In this document: positions 23,100 to 36,989 of the stretch, piece after piece
Layout of the letters: each line of letters opens with the position of its first letter
Position numbering within the stretch: position 1 is the stretch's first letter
Assembly (NCBI RefSeq): GCF_021028975.2
Contig: NC_059429.1
Span: 98,890,001-98,954,000, forward strand
Reading direction: 5' to 3'
Length of the DNA stretch: 64,000 nt
From: Sphaerodactylus townsendi
Taxonomy: Eukaryota
Made by a program: the position numbers and the translations under genes
Notes under the pieces: model-generated
Databases searched by the model: none
Told to the model about the DNA's origin: nothing
Seen by the model: only the letters and a program-made list of their open reading frames with translations

Positions 23100-24400
23100 T
23101 TATTTATTTGTTTATTTAATCCATTTATACCCCACTCTTCACTGAAGTCCCAGGGCAGCTTACATATGGGGTTAAAAGCCCCGTTAAAACATTTTAATCC
23201 TAAAAACATACAAACATTAAATATTAAAAACCACCATAAAAACATCCTTTAAAACAGTCAATAAAAATCCATTAAAATCCCCACCCATCCTTCCCCCCCG
23301 TCCCTTCATCTGGCATTGATACGGGGGACCCTGGGGGTCACACATTGAAGCCTTGCTTAAAGAGGAAGGTTTTAACCAGGTGCCAAAATCCATAAAGTTC
23401 TGGCACTTGGCAAATTTCTGCAGGGAGGCTTTTCCACAGCTTGGGGCCTACCACAGAAAAAACCTTCCCCCGTGCCCCTCTCAACACCTCAGCAGCAGAA
23501 GGGATCACTAGAAGGGATCATCTAATCAGCCAAGTTTAGCATGGGTCCAGGAGGCAAATAGTAGGGTGCATCCCTGCGAGCTACCTGCCCACATCCTTAG
23601 ACCGCAACAACTGAAATTGATCCATCACAACCTGACTAGATGGCCCTCTGGACACCCCCACTGAATACTTCTCAATGGTGGCATCCAATCCCCTGCGGAT
23701 CTGGGCAACTTTATCCCAAAAGTGCCCAGCAAAAGTGTCATAACAGATCTCTGGGGATGTCCCGGCCCCTACCCCCCAATTGGAGGATAGCAGGCCATTC
23801 ACCACTCGGAACAGTTCTGTCGGACGACTACTTGAGGATGCGATGATGGAAGAGAAGTAGGCTCTCTTTGCCCCCCTCACTGCCACCTGATAGGTCTGAA
23901 AATGGTCTCTAATCAGTGTTTGGTCAGACCCACAGCAGGATTTCAACCACTTGCGCTCTAGCCATCACCCCTCCTGTTTCATTACCCACAAATTCCCATT
24001 AAATCAAGGGGCTGAGCGGGCTCTACAGGCTGGGTCAATGGCCCTCTTGATTTCACCATTCTACAGTGAAACAGGGCCCCGACGGGAGCACCAGCCATGT
24101 GGCCTGGAAACTCCCCCAGAGTTCTCAGGAATCTAACAGACTCCATTCTTCTTCAGGGGTGGGCCTTGTAATAGGGCCCTCACCCCCACAGTGGGAAGGA
24201 GCAGCCAGCAGTCCAAGCTTCACCAGGTAATGATCTGTCCATGACAATGGGCGAGTAACCAGCCCTCCAATCAATCCCGCAGCGGGATTTCAACCACTTA
24301 CGCTCACCCCAAATACAAACTCTCAACTCCGGAGACAGGATGAGAGGGGCGCCTGGTGAATGTGTATGACTCCTTGTGGAATGACTACCCCGCCCCCCTA
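23100..24400 (-). mobile_element. L2-clade LINE, internally deleted
   Basis: ORF 23581-23946 (AVRGAKRAYFSSIIASSSSRPTELFRVV...FWDKVAQIRRGLD) is typical of L2 ORF2 between EN and RT; (TTTA)n tail at 23100. Confidence 0.75.
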
Positions 24401-25365
24401 GTCTGGACTGGTGCTGCATCTAATAGCCTGAATATTACAGACATTCCATATTGGAGTATCATTCTGACCTTCTGGAGCAGCTTTTTGAGGGGCTATAGCC
24501 CAGTGAAAGCTGCTTCTCACCCACTTGGGCATGAGCAGAACAGTTTTTGTTCATGCAAACAGGAATTTGGATATACAGCCTTTGTTGCTGTGGCCTTTAT
24601 ATTTGAACGACTGGTTTCTGCTGATTCACACACACACACACTTCCAGATGCAGAACATGTGTGGACCTTCTGTCCTCTTCTGTATGAGTCATCTTGACAA
24701 ATGTAAAATTCGGGACTTAATTAGGCTTATCGTATAGACGGGAGAGATTATTTGGATGTCATAGAATCTTGTATTTGAAGTCTTTGCTCTTTGAAGAATT
24801 GTTTGGAATGAGCTGTGTGTTTGTAGGTGACCTGAATCAGGTAGGGCTGGCTGCCAATCTCTTGTGCTTTGAAAGTGAGTCCTTGAGAGTGCTGTTCTGA
24901 TGTTTAGCTGTTTGGCTATATTCACCAAATACAAATCTTCTGAATAAAAGTGTTCCCATTATTATCTGGGTAAATGTGTCAATTGTTTTTAATGAAACAA
25001 TTTATGAAAGAAGTGAGTGGCAGTTGAACAGCACTTCGTGTTTCATATAAGGAGAAATTCCTTTACTAGGATGATGTTTGCTTTGCTGCATGGAAGCATC
25101 ATCTATAAATAGAGTAATACGTTTTTCTTCAGAACTGTTTTCAGTAGATCTAATTGAAACATGCAGTTTAATTTCTTAAATCAAGGAAAAGAATGCTACC
25201 TAGGAAGGAACAACTAAAATATATATTGGTTGCAAGCACCTTTAGAAACAGACTAGTCTACAAAGTAATATTTTCTTCTTCCTAGTGAGAATTCATAAGG
25301 GTGCTGGAGAAGTCTGGTGTTCTACTTTTGCAGAAGTCCGGGTCTGGTGTCTGTGTGCCGACCAG

Positions 25366-25506
25366 ATGTTGTCCCGTAAAGGATCCTTAACTAGCCAAGG
25401 AAATGGACCTTCAAATAATGTCAGAGACAGGGAAGACGTGGAACTGGCTGAACTTGGACCCCTGCTGGAGGAGAAAGGAGACCAAATGGCAATTAACTCA
25501 TCCAGT
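25366..25506 (+). CDS. ADIPOR1: Adiponectin receptor 1, coding exon 1 (exon starts at 25286)
   Basis: MLSRKGS...VELAELGPLLEEKG; acceptor ttcctAG at 25284-25285; donor GTAAGT; 141 nt. Confidence 0.95.
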
Positions 25507-25789
25507 GTAAGTAGTTTTCTGTCAGGAAAGTGTACCATTAATGTCAAGATCAGCTCATTAAAAATAACTTGCTGTAATACAAAGTAATCCTTAAGTAATA
25601 CAAACTTGACAGGATTCATTGAAGCACAGTTCCTTTCAAAATATTCATTTTTCAGCAGGGAAAAAGAGGTGAGTAGACGAGCCCTCCTGTGGTTCGATAC
25701 GTGATGGGGAAAAAAGTCTGGTGAAATGACATTTTTCCAAAAGAAGTTTAGGACTCGGGCTATCTATTAAGGTTCCTGCATTGTCTTTG

Positions 25790-26342
25790 GAGAGCAGTCA
25801 TAACTATACTGAATATACCATTGAAACAGTTGGTAATAAACAGCAGATTGAGGGTCGGTGAGAGGAATGGAGTTTGGAGCAGGCGGGAGATGTGAAACAA
25901 AAAAATTAAAATTGAACAATAAAATTGAAGAACTCATTGAAGACTGCAGAAAAACAGAGTGGTCAGTCACAGAATGGGCAGCTGAAGCCTCAGAGATGTG
26001 CAGACAGGAGGGACTGAGCTATATGTGCAATGTTTGAATGCAAGGGCACTGCTGACATTTGAGGGCATGTATAACATTGGCAAATGAACATGTGAATGAG
26101 TGGATATGAGGACAGATCTTGATTTGTTGCAGGCCCCGGTTGAAGACTGTCTTTGGGCAAGAAATGGTTTGCCTCCCATTAACTGTGAGAAGAGCATCAT
26201 TTTCCAGCATGGGTCGCTGGTTGTTAATGATGTGTTGAGCCAGTTTGAGCGGAGAGCCATATTTTAATGTTGTAAGCTTGTTGTAACCTGCCCAGAGCCC
26301 TTCAGGGATTGGGCAGGAGAGAAATCCAGTAAATAAATAAAT
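25790..26342 (+). mobile_element. L2-type LINE fragments with 3' terminus
   Basis: Ends TGTAACCTGCCCAGAGCCCTTCAGGGATTGGGCAGG...(TAAA)n; left boundary approximate. Confidence 0.55.
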
Positions 26343-29004
26343 CATGTTAGCAACCTTGTAGCTGTACTCTCTGCCAGAAAAATGAGTGCTAATGGGACTT
26401 TTAGGATTGAAAATCGACTTGCAGTTCTACTCCATATTGCTGGACCATATACACCAGTTCATTTATTTATCACATTTGAATCCTGAAGAATTTATGGGGA
26501 TGATTCTTTTTATTCATACAACAACCTTGAGAGGTACGGTACGTTAAAAGACAAAACTTGACCCGGACTTTTTTGGTTTAGTGGGGCTTTGAACCCAAGG
26601 CTTCCTGGCCCATACCATATACTTCAGACTGCCTCCTGGACATAGAACACTGGGAGCTAAACTGAATGTCTGTTTTTTTGGTGTACATTGTAATAAACTT
26701 CTGTTCTACATGGAGTGTACTATATTCATAATGGGTATTTTGAAGTAGTTTGCGCAGTTGGCAATGGGAAAGCCTTATAATGCCAATTTTCTGCACCTTA
26801 CCTGCTCTGTAAACTAACTTGTAGAAATTAAAACATTGCACTTCAAGACATGTTTTTTCCTAATAGTACTACCTCTGCTTGCAGTGGAGAACTAATTTGT
26901 TTTCTTCCTTGTACTGAAAGTGTAGAGCTTTTGCAATGAGAAACACAAAGTCTACACTGTTAAGAAAGCAAATAGAGGATGAAAAGGAGGCCTGTCCTTT
27001 CTTTTCTGCTTTGACTGCCTCCTGATTTGTTTCCTGGGTTCCAGCCAGGGTGGGAAATTGAGTTGCCAATTTGGGTGTCCTCTTAGTTCTAAGAAGGAAA
27101 AGCCTGTGCTTTAATCCTTGCTCTGAATTCCAGCCAATCAGGGATTACTGCTGTGTAGGCATTTGACAGTAATGCTGCATGTGTGGGCAGCCACTGAGGG
27201 AGTTCTCTTTCCTGCTGGACTTCTCAATAACTTTAGATAATAGTAAACCACATTACTATTTTGTATTGCTTCAATGGCTCGCCACTGGATTAAAAAAATG
27301 ATGTATGTAATCATTCATGCATAGTTCTCTTGAAGATTCTGTATCTGCTCTTCAGGTCTTCATCTGTGCTGTCATGCAAGGTTCCGTGCTGTTACCAGTG
27401 CTGTTTAATATTATAGAAAACAGCTGAGTGAAAATATATCTTTTCAGCTTTGGGGTAGATTTTCTACTATATTTCATTCAGCAAGGAATTTGCTCTGTGG
27501 CTCTCTTTCCTTTAGGAAGACCAATAGGCAGGGTGGAGAGGGACAAGATCGGTGTGGCTATTTGGATGTCCTGAGTTTGACTGTAAAGGATTTGGGACAT
27601 GCTTCTTAATTTGGATAAACAAAAGATACACTCGAGGGTCCAGTCCCAGTTTCATGATAGATTGAAGTGAAACCCTCCTCCAGCTGGGACAGGAAGAGTT
27701 AAAAGACCTGGATATCCTGCCAGAAGTGCAAGCCAAGGTCTGGGGAACAGGCAGCAATGGATTGAAGTCTGTCTTGACCATCCTCTATTTTTCAGAGCTA
27801 CAGAATCCATTCCAGGTTAGGGAATGCCAAGACAACACCAGTGATTATACAACTTAGTTAGCTTCATGTGTTTTGTGTTCTTTTCTTAGTTCTGCAATAC
27901 CCTGTTGTGTGTTGATACAGTTTTCTAATGTCCTTGTGCTCTAGTGATTGGAGAGTGTCTTTTGATAAAGATCTTTTCCTTTTAAACGGTCCAGACTGAG
28001 ATCAAAGAATCTCAGCTGGGGCACCTGACTACTCATTTCACGCATCGACAGAAACTCCTAACTGGGCTGAAGATAGTTAGCTGACCAGGGATGTGAGGGG
28101 TCGGTGGTATTTGTGAAGCAAATACTCACATATGTACACACACACATTCACCTAGTCCCTATCAGTTATTGCAGCCACAGGGAGAGAAATGAAGGACAAA
28201 GCTTGGGTGGTAGGGGCTGACGGGGGAGGAGGAGGAGGAAGCCCACTCTCATGCATACAGACTTCCCTATGTCTCTTGACCAAAGACCACAGGAAGGAAG
28301 GTGTGAATGAGAACTCTCTTACATCAGTGAGCAGAAAGTACAAATACTGTCTCTTTGCCATTGTGCCTGTGCAAAGTTGTCGAGTGGAGCTTTTCCGAAT
28401 TGTAAGGGGTCCCTTCCTTCCGAGCCCTCTGTGTTGATAACATGATCCTATGATAACTCTGTTATTCATTTGCATGACATTTTGCAAATAAAATTTCTTC
28501 CTTTGCTTGATACTTCCTTGCCCACCTTTGTTCACTGGTGCCTACAGTGGGAAGAGCCGGTCCTGGAACTAGTTAACACTTCCTTGAGGACTGACTGCTC
28601 ACTCTCTTGCAGGGTGTGATTGTGAGATGTCTTCCGGAAAAGCCTTTCTTGGATGCTAATGATCTTAATTGCCTTTTGTAACAAGATGCCCAAGTAGGCG
28701 GGAGCTGTGCGACTCTAGATTTACCTGGATGAGCAGGATCATCTATACATATTTCAATCTAACTTACAAACTTTTAAAATACTGGAACTGCCTGTCTTGT
28801 CCTGACTGATCTTCACCGGGAAAGAAACGAGGACTGCAACCTTGCTGATTCTCTGGCATTTCTTGGTTTTTTCCAGTACACATACTTATCTTGGATTGAT
28901 CAGAATGGGTATACTCTGGAGTTCCCCTTCTGCCTAGCAAATCTATCCCAGAATATGTGGTACTGAGAGATAGCTGCTTGACTCCTGCCAGTCTCCCTCT
29001 AAAG

Positions 29005-29061
29005 CAGGGGTCTGCAACCTGCAGTTCTCCAGATGTTCATGGACTACAATTCCCATCAGCC
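29005..29061. mobile_element. Half copy of the hAT MITE seen at 20354
   Basis: CAGGGGTCTGCAACCTGC...GGACTACAATTCCCATCAGCC; right arm missing. Confidence 0.8.
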
Positions 29062-29235
29062 ACAGGTTATTTGAAACTACTGGAAAAGATTGTCAGCAGG
29101 TTAAAAATGCCAACAGTATGCCAGTGAGACTTGAGTCAGTTTTTTCTTTTCAGTTACTCTGGACTGGCCCAATGGTCACCCAACAAGTTTCATAGTGGAA
29201 TGGGGATTTGAATCTGGGCCTTCCAGATCCTAGAC

Positions 29236-29409
29236 CAGTGGTGGCGAACCTTTGGCACTCCAGATGTTATGGACTACAATTTCCATCAGCACCTACCAGC
29301 ATGGCCAATTTTTGCTTTAGACCGAATTTAGACCAATTGGCCATGCTGGAAAGGGCTGATGGGAATTGTAGTCCATAACATCTGGAGTGCCAAAGGTTCA
29401 CCACCACAG
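29236..29409. mobile_element. Palindromic hAT MITE inserted in a decayed SINE, with a foreign insert at its centre
   Basis: TIR CAGTGGTGGCGAACC / GGTTCACCACCACAG; perfect 8-bp TSD TCCTAGAC (29228-29235, 29410-29417). Confidence 0.92.
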
Positions 29410-31329
29410 TCCTAGACTGACATGCTGACCATTATACCACACTGGTATGTGTCTGCAAGTGGCTGTGGGCTGGGTGAGGATCAAAAACTGGACTCAGTGC
29501 CGATTAAGACTGAGATGCTGTTGAATGCAGCAGCTAAGTTGGTAACTGGAAGAAGTTAATGTGAATACATCTTACCTGAACTAGTTTAATTAACTTCCAA
29601 CTCGCTTCTGGAACTCTCTACATGGTATAAAACAGTATAGATACAGTACTCCACCCTACATAAGAACATAAGAAACTTCTTAACACCCTAAAGAAACTTC
29701 TTAAATAAAAGTGTGAAGTGTAAGAACACGCTGATTTAAAACTGAACAGAATCGTCACACAGCCTTTTAAAATCTTTAGTCTTTAACGGTTTTAATTATT
29801 TATAGTATATTCTAACTGAAATACCCTTGCTGATTTAGAAAAGGAATTCTAGGTTCGTAACGCCTGGCTCACAGCCTGTGGCATTGGGAGGAGGCAGAGT
29901 ACTCTTTTCTCTGTTAACTTAAATACACAAATACAACTTAAACGGTTTAAAGTGTGTTTTGGCATTTTTGTAAACTGTTTTGGGTCCCCTTTGAGAAGAG
30001 AAGTAGAGAATCGCTGCATAAATAAATGAGTGATTATTTTGATTGCTTACTTTAATCTACATAATCTCGGACAAGTTGTCTCAGACACTTGCAGTGCTGT
30101 TGAGATTTCTATACCCAGCTGTGAGTTGGAGTAATATTAGAACATTGCTTCTTGAGGATGTTCCTTTCAGTTGTAGCTTATCCCTTGTCATATAACTTCC
30201 CTTTCCTACCTCTAACTCACAAAAGTATATGATCTGAACCAGAAACTAATAATTACTGAGGAGAACAGTGAGATACAAGATATCAGTGAGATGTTTATAG
30301 TATATGCTAAGCTCGGTAGGATAATGAGACACCCTGCAAGACCAGATAGTAACTAGGCATAAAATAGTGGGGAGGGAAGGAGGTAACCCGAAGGATCTGT
30401 GGATGCCACCTATTGTGAATTCAGCGATAGTGTTTGCAGTAATTGTTCTGCATGATAACCGAGAAAGGTTTCCACACTTTTTGCTTTAGACCGAAAAACA
30501 AACTTCCTTTGGTTCCTAAGAAGATCATACATTCAGATGTCATTTTAAACCTCATTATTTTAAAATGATAAACTTTTTGAACATTTCAACTATAATATAT
30601 TTTAATCATTTCTTAAAATCCAGTTTATACCCTGATCTTCTTCCAGTGATATCAGAGCAACTTGTTTATGACTTCCAAGGTGTCCCACACACCTGGCAGT
30701 TGACAGGGTCAGCTGTCATTCTGCCTTCCCCCTCTACACACAGGATAGAGTATCTCGCATGCTTTCTTGATGTTAAAATCCACAGCAGAGCTTTGCCCCA
30801 CCTTCTGAAATATGGTGACAGAGGAGAGGACCATTTCTGTCATGGCGCTGTGTTTGTGATATTTCATTCCCCTCCTATGTAGCTGGCATCTAGTTGAGTT
30901 TTGATTGCAGGTAGAAGCCTGTTTTTCCAGGCTTTTTTTTTGGGAGGGGGGGTGTTTTCTCTCTCCTTGCACTCTTGGATGGTTATGCTGTATTATGCGG
31001 TTGTTGCTGATTTTCTTCTGTTGGTTTTGGTGACTGTTGATGATATTGTAATAGTTTTTTATTGGAATTTGGTTGGGAGGTGGCACAGAAATATCATAAA
31101 AAGTAATAAATGCTGCCATCTATGCCGTATCCCTGTCTGAGCATGTCTGCCCTCTCTCCTAGGATAGTCCTTATTCTTGTTTGATCTGTCTCTTCACGAG
31201 CACACTCGATTTGATAACACATTTCAGATTAAGGCTCCTCAGAATAAGATGGAAATGTGTTGCTCTGCAAATTGCCCAGCTCCTTCAGAACGTCTTCCTG
31301 TCTTCCAGTTTAATTAGTCTCTCTTCCAG

Positions 31330-31446
31330 GCTCAAGACCAGCCATGTCCAGCAACCCAGGAGGAGGAAGAGGAAGAGGTGCGGGTGCTGACTCTCCCTTT
31401 GCAAGCACATCATGCTATGGAAAAAATGGAGGAATTTGTATATAAG
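31330..31446 (+). CDS. ADIPOR1: ADIPOR1 coding exon 2
   Basis: AQDQPCPATQEEEEEEVRVLTLPLQAHHAMEKMEEFVYK; 117 nt; AG/GT boundaries. Confidence 0.97.
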
Positions 31447-32126
31447 GTAAGACTGGCTCACGGTTCTAATGGGTTTAGGTGAGCTGAGCTATTATTCTTT
31501 CATGTTTGGAGCTAGCAGAGTTTCTGGCACATCATATTATTCCTTTCTCCTTGTTCCCTGTTTCCATCACCATCTTTCAAGCAAATGGTATTCTGCATGT
31601 AGCAGTTTCAGTGTGGGCATGATCCCATTCTAGTGCTTCATAAAAACTTGGACCAACCTAACTGTTAACTTGGGAACAAAATTACTTGCTAATGGAGTTC
31701 CTGCATACAGCCCCCATTGGGTAATGAATTGGAACTTATAAGAGGCATGGAGCTTTTTTGTGCCAATTATGCAGACTTGGATTAGATAGATTGTTCTTTT
31801 TGCAGCCAGTAGTTATTTTTTTCCCCTGAACCATTCAGTCAGCTGTGGCCAGGTGTGCCTTGGGGGCTTCTAATACGCTTTCCTGCATAGTAAAATAGTA
31901 TTGGCATGCAACTGTAGGTAGAAACTATTGCACCACTATTGGCGCCATCCATCCCAGCGTGAATGCTCCCTAAGTATTTACCTGTGGGTAAGGGCGAGCA
32001 CTTAATGATATTGCACAGGAGAGACCAGTAACTGTTCTGGGAGTATTCTAGGTGCAATAGCAGATGACTGCTCTAGTCCCAAAGGAATATCGAAAATAGT
32101 TGTTTGTATGATTTGATGTATTGTAG

Positions 32127-32298
32127 GTCTGGGAGGGTCGCTGGAGAGTTATTCCATATGATGTCCTGCCAGACTGGCTGAAAGATAATGATTACCTTTT
32201 GCACGGCCATCGGCCCCCCATGCCATCTTTCAGAGCCTGCTTCAAAAGCATCTTCCGTATACACACTGAGACAGGCAACATCTGGACACACTTATTAG
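32127..32298 (+). CDS. ADIPOR1: ADIPOR1 coding exon 3
   Basis: VWEGRWRVIPYDVLPDWLKDNDYLLHGHRPP...HTETGNIWTHLL; 172 nt; PAQR ExxNxxxH motif. Confidence 0.98.
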
Positions 32299-32493
32299 GT
32301 AATTTCTATATTAATGTTCAAAATTATTTTATCTTACTGACTGTTTTCCCCCTTCCTCCAATGAAACAGGCTGTGATGTTAAGGGGTGGGGTGGATGGTT
32401 TTGTGCCATTTGTTCTTCTCTTAAACATTGTATCCCAGTGTCAAATAACACTGAAGAAGTGTTAGGATCTCTTGCATGCTAACCTTTGATGTG

Positions 32494-32795
32494 GAAGAAG
32501 AAAAAGAAGAGTTGGCTTTATATCCCCCCTTTCTCTCCTGTAGGAGACTCAAAGGGGCTTACAAACTCATTTCCCTTCCCCCCTCACAACAAACACCCTG
32601 TGAGGTGGGTGGGGCTGAGAGAGCTCAGTAGAGCTGTGACTAGCCCAAGGTCCCCCAGCTGGCGTGTGTTGGAGTGTACAGGCTAATCTGAATTCACCAG
32701 AGAAGCCTCCACAGCTCAAGCAGCAGAGCGGGGAATCAAACCTGGTTCCTCCATATTAGTGTTCACCTGCTCTCAACCACTATGCCACTGCTGCT
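32494..32795 (-). mobile_element. Squam3-type SINE
   Basis: Same family as 20633-20941. Confidence 0.88.
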
Positions 32796-34848
32796 TTTTC
32801 TGATCTGGATTCCATTGTTGGAGATAGTAATGACATTGTAGTTCACACTTTAGTCTGACTTGAGCATGCTGAAGTTCAGAATAATCTGGTATTTTTCATG
32901 TAGGTATTGGTGGATCAGGTCCCACAATAGTCATCAGATGCTTAGTCATACATTCTTCAGGACAGGAAAACCCTTGCTAGGGAGCAACACCTAGTTTTAC
33001 TGCAGTTTTTCTAAAGTGAAGAGTAAGAGCATGAAGAAGGTTTTTAAAAGGTGTACACCTCTGCTTCCAATAACAGTAAGTCAGTTTCTAGCAGGTGGAC
33101 TGAAAACTGTCCAGCGTTTATGCTTTATTAAACCTTGTTTGTCCTTTAACAGTCTGGATTTAGAAAGCATTGACAAGGATCTGAGCCACAGGAAGGTAAT
33201 CCCACTAAGTCCTGCAGGGTGCTTTTAGTTAATCTAAAATAAAATCAGTGGATCAGATTTAGCATCTTTGGCAATTACTGGACAGGAAGTGAGTCAGGCT
33301 TGAAGGATTACTTGCTGTTCTTCTGTTTGCAAAGCACTTGGGGTTGCATCCCAGGAATACTGACCTACAATCTAATACAGCCTATTAGGAAATAGGGAAT
33401 CTTGTCCCAACATTTTTCTTGAAGGGTTGCAGCTGCAGTGGAAATTCAAATTGCATATTATAACACTAACGTGGGAGGGCTAGTGGAGAGAAGGTGCTTG
33501 AGAAAGACGTATCTGCTGACATGGAGTAATTGCCACAGTCGCTGTGCTGGAAAGTGCTAAACACAGGCCTTCCCTTCTGATTGGCAGTAATCCCCAGGAT
33601 GATTGGCATAATCTTGGTGTGTAGCTGTTAGGTGTGATAAACTGACACAGGGGCATGCATTCAAAGCTGACTAGTTATTTTTCCTGTGATGTTGAGAGCT
33701 GTGATTGTTTCCAGGAGAATTTTGCTTTGCTGCCAAAATGTTTGTTCCATCCTGACACTATAAAATGCAAAGACTGAGTGTTTAATGTCATAAGTATCTG
33801 TTCTGCCTGGTGGTAAAGAATGATAATCTTTTCTATAGGCTGATTAAAGTGTTTTCAAAGAGTAATAGCTGCTAGGCTACAGGTATAATGGATCAAGGTG
33901 CACAGTTAGGATGAGTACTGCAATTGAACCTTGAAAATCACCTAATCGTGTGTGTCATAATAGACTTAGCAGCTTTGCTACAAAATTCTCCCTGCCTTGA
34001 AGCAGTAGAAACAGAGGATTTGAATGGCCACAAGTTCTTTCTTGTACAAAATGCTGGTTTTGTGTGGAATGCTCCACAAGGCATCCTAAGTGGACTTCAT
34101 ATAATTTAAAATGTAATGGCCCTCCAGCCTTGTTAGTTTTGATTAGATACATTTATGACCCATTAAACTTGGGGCAGTTCCTATTAAAAAAAGAAGTCCA
34201 GAATTCTCCACAGTAAAAATACACTAAAATTTGACAAATTATGAAGTAGTTTGGTATCCATCTATCCATCCGTTCATGGTACAGTTTTATTGGCAACTGC
34301 ATTATCATCCTTAATTGCCTGTAGTCAAATAACAGCACACTTATTCTTGATGGATATTCCTAGATCAAAAGGTCCTGAAGAAGTGAGAGTTGCGTTTGAA
34401 TAGCACTTCACATATCTTTTTGCCAGTTGGAAACTGCTGGCTGTACAGAGGAAATAGGTTCAAATTCTGATTTGCAAAATTGGTAGATGAATCTGTACAT
34501 AGTGACTTCAATTTGGTGAACAGAGGCTGCTCACTTCAACAGATGAATTTGGCTTGTGAAAAATAGTAGACTGAGAATTTGTGCTACAGTGGCAAATTTT
34601 TCTACAGTAGAAATTTGTGGTACAGTGGCAAATTGTTGTTACTCCTAAGCTTTAGGATTACACACAAGCCATTTTATCTGCAATTATTTATCCTCCATCT
34701 TACAGGGTGCAAACAGGAGTGGGAAAAAACAGAGATTCCAGGCTGAGTAATTTGTTGTGGTCCTATTTCCTTATGGCTACTAAGACATATGACTTCTTGC
34801 TCCTGTGACAAATTTGGTGGACTTGAGTCTTCTGTGTCCCAATTACAG

Positions 34849-35035
34849 GTTTTGTGTTATTTCTTGGCCTGGGAATTTTGACCATGCTTAGGCCAAATAT
34901 GTACTTCATGGCCCCTCTTCAAGAAAAGGTGGTGTTCGGAATGTTCTTCCTTGGAGCAGTGCTGTGTCTCAGCTTTTCCTGGCTTTTTCATACAGTCTAC
35001 TGTCATTCAGAAAAGGTGTCTCGGACATTTTCCAA
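34849..35035 (+). CDS. ADIPOR1: ADIPOR1 coding exon 4
   Basis: 187 nt; ...CLSFSWLFHTVYCHSEKVSRTFSK; SxxxH zinc motif. Confidence 0.98.
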
Positions 35036-36048
35036 GTAAGTTGGTTGGAAGATTTAAGATTCGACAAGATGTAACTTTTATTCAAACAGGCTGTTTTCTC
35101 CGATAACCTCTTATTAATTAAAATGCTAAGTCCTTTTTGTTAATGTGATATGAAGAAATATCTAAGCTGGAGTTGTTGTTTAGGTGTTATTTGTTAGAGT
35201 ACACTGAAACCCTGCCAAAACTGTTGGGAAGAATGTAATAGAAGTAACTGGTTTTAGTCACTATGCTTTGCAAATGTTTTGAGGTTATGATTTGCTATTA
35301 CCTTAGTTAAGAAACTGATGTTGCTGAAGGGCCTAGAATGGTGCTTACTGATTTTCTAGCCCTGGGGGTCACTGTAATGATTTCCTATGTGAATCCTGTC
35401 ATATTCTTCCTGATTGACTGGTCCAGAGCAAATCAACCCAAGGTGGTGGGCTGCCCGAAGTAGGATGAAGAAGGTGCAGTAGAATAAATAGGAACAAAGG
35501 TAATTGGACACTAACCCATTAACGCCTTGGAGACCTACAGAAATTTGAACATAAAATGAATTTCCTCATTTCACTGACAGTAAACAGGTTAATGGCAAAC
35601 GGAGAGAGGCTTTGGGGGCCTCGCTTCAAAATGGAGTTTTGAACTAATTTGACCACACTTTCAATGGTATATGAAACCACAAGTATTAAAACATAATTTT
35701 CTATAGCTAATGTTCGTGACGTGGGTGGAGTGGAACTGTTGTCATATGAACCCCCCCCCTCCCCCCGTTTCTCTCACTGCTATGGGGAGTTGCTTTCATC
35801 AGCAGCGGAGCAGCAGAGGCAGCTGGGTACTCTTGTTGATGTTTTTTCTTGCATGGTGTCTGTTTGCTTTTATCCTTTGTAGCTCCTCATGGTTATATTT
35901 TTCACAGGTGGATAGCATAAGCAAAACCAAATAAATAAAAATATCCCCAAAACCAAAAATGCCTTGATGCTTTAAGCAAATGTAATTAAACACTCGCTCT
36001 AGAACTTGTAATCAACCCTCTGAGTCTTTTGTTTTTTCCCCCCACTAG

Positions 36049-36236
36049 GTTGGATTATTCTGGAATAGCTCTGCTAATTATGGGGAGTTTTGTTCCATGG
36101 CTGTACTATTCTTTCTACTGCTCTCCACAACCTCGACTTATCTACCTCTCCATTGTGTGTGTGCTGGGTATCTCAGCAATCATTGTTGCACAGTGGGACA
36201 GATTTGCAACACCTAAGCACAGGCAAACAAGAGCAG
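36049..36236 (+). CDS. ADIPOR1: ADIPOR1 coding exon 5
   Basis: 188 nt; LDYSGIALLIMGSFVPW...PKHRQTRA. Confidence 0.98.
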
Positions 36237-36989
36237 GTAGGATTGACTTCGACTGATGTAAAATGAAGTCCTGGGGATTTTTAACTCAACAAATTTCAGA
36301 TATTTGGGGGGTTTAACCTCTTTAAAAATGCTCCAACTTTGGGGATGGTTTGGATTTCTTGGAGTGAAACCTCTTGGGCAGCCTGTTCATATAGTGGTAA
36401 AAAGGACTGTTGAAAGTATAACATTTTCTCTCCCCTGCCCCCCAGAAGAGAATGGAATATAAAGCAGGCTAGATGCCCAAGCAGAGGTGACAGGCAATTT
36501 GGAAAATAGGCCAAGTTTGAATTAAGTTTTTGTCTTGTCAGACCTTGCATGTTAACATCTTGTCAGATCTTGTCAGATCTTGCATATTAACATCTGGAGT
36601 GAAGTGAGTATGAAATTTAGTTTTGGTTCCAAAGCTACCATTACTTCTAGGCTCTCAGTCTCCATGCTCTTAGCCCACAATGGTCAAAACATCAGATCTC
36701 CTGAAGCCTAACAGTTTTCCTCCTTAATTGTGGCAACAGTGTAGGCTGTTCTTGCCATGTCACTTTTTGGTTATGTGCAGTTTTCACACTCACGAGGTAT
36801 GGGAGGTAGAACTTGAATGTGGGAATGTTGCTAGCATCTTTCCAGTTCTCCCTCCAGAATATCTCCAGGACTGTTACCAGGGTTTCTTCCCCTTTTAAAA
36901 AAGCTGCATATCATGGCCAATTGGAAAGGGATTAGGTTATGTATTTCAGCCCTTTTAAATGCTGACAGATCTTGCTGTTCTTTTTGCAG

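Noticed and set aside
25323-25333. Second acceptor-like TACTTTTGCAG inside ADIPOR1 exon 2
   Set aside because: Would only shorten the 5' UTR, and cannot be supported without transcript data.
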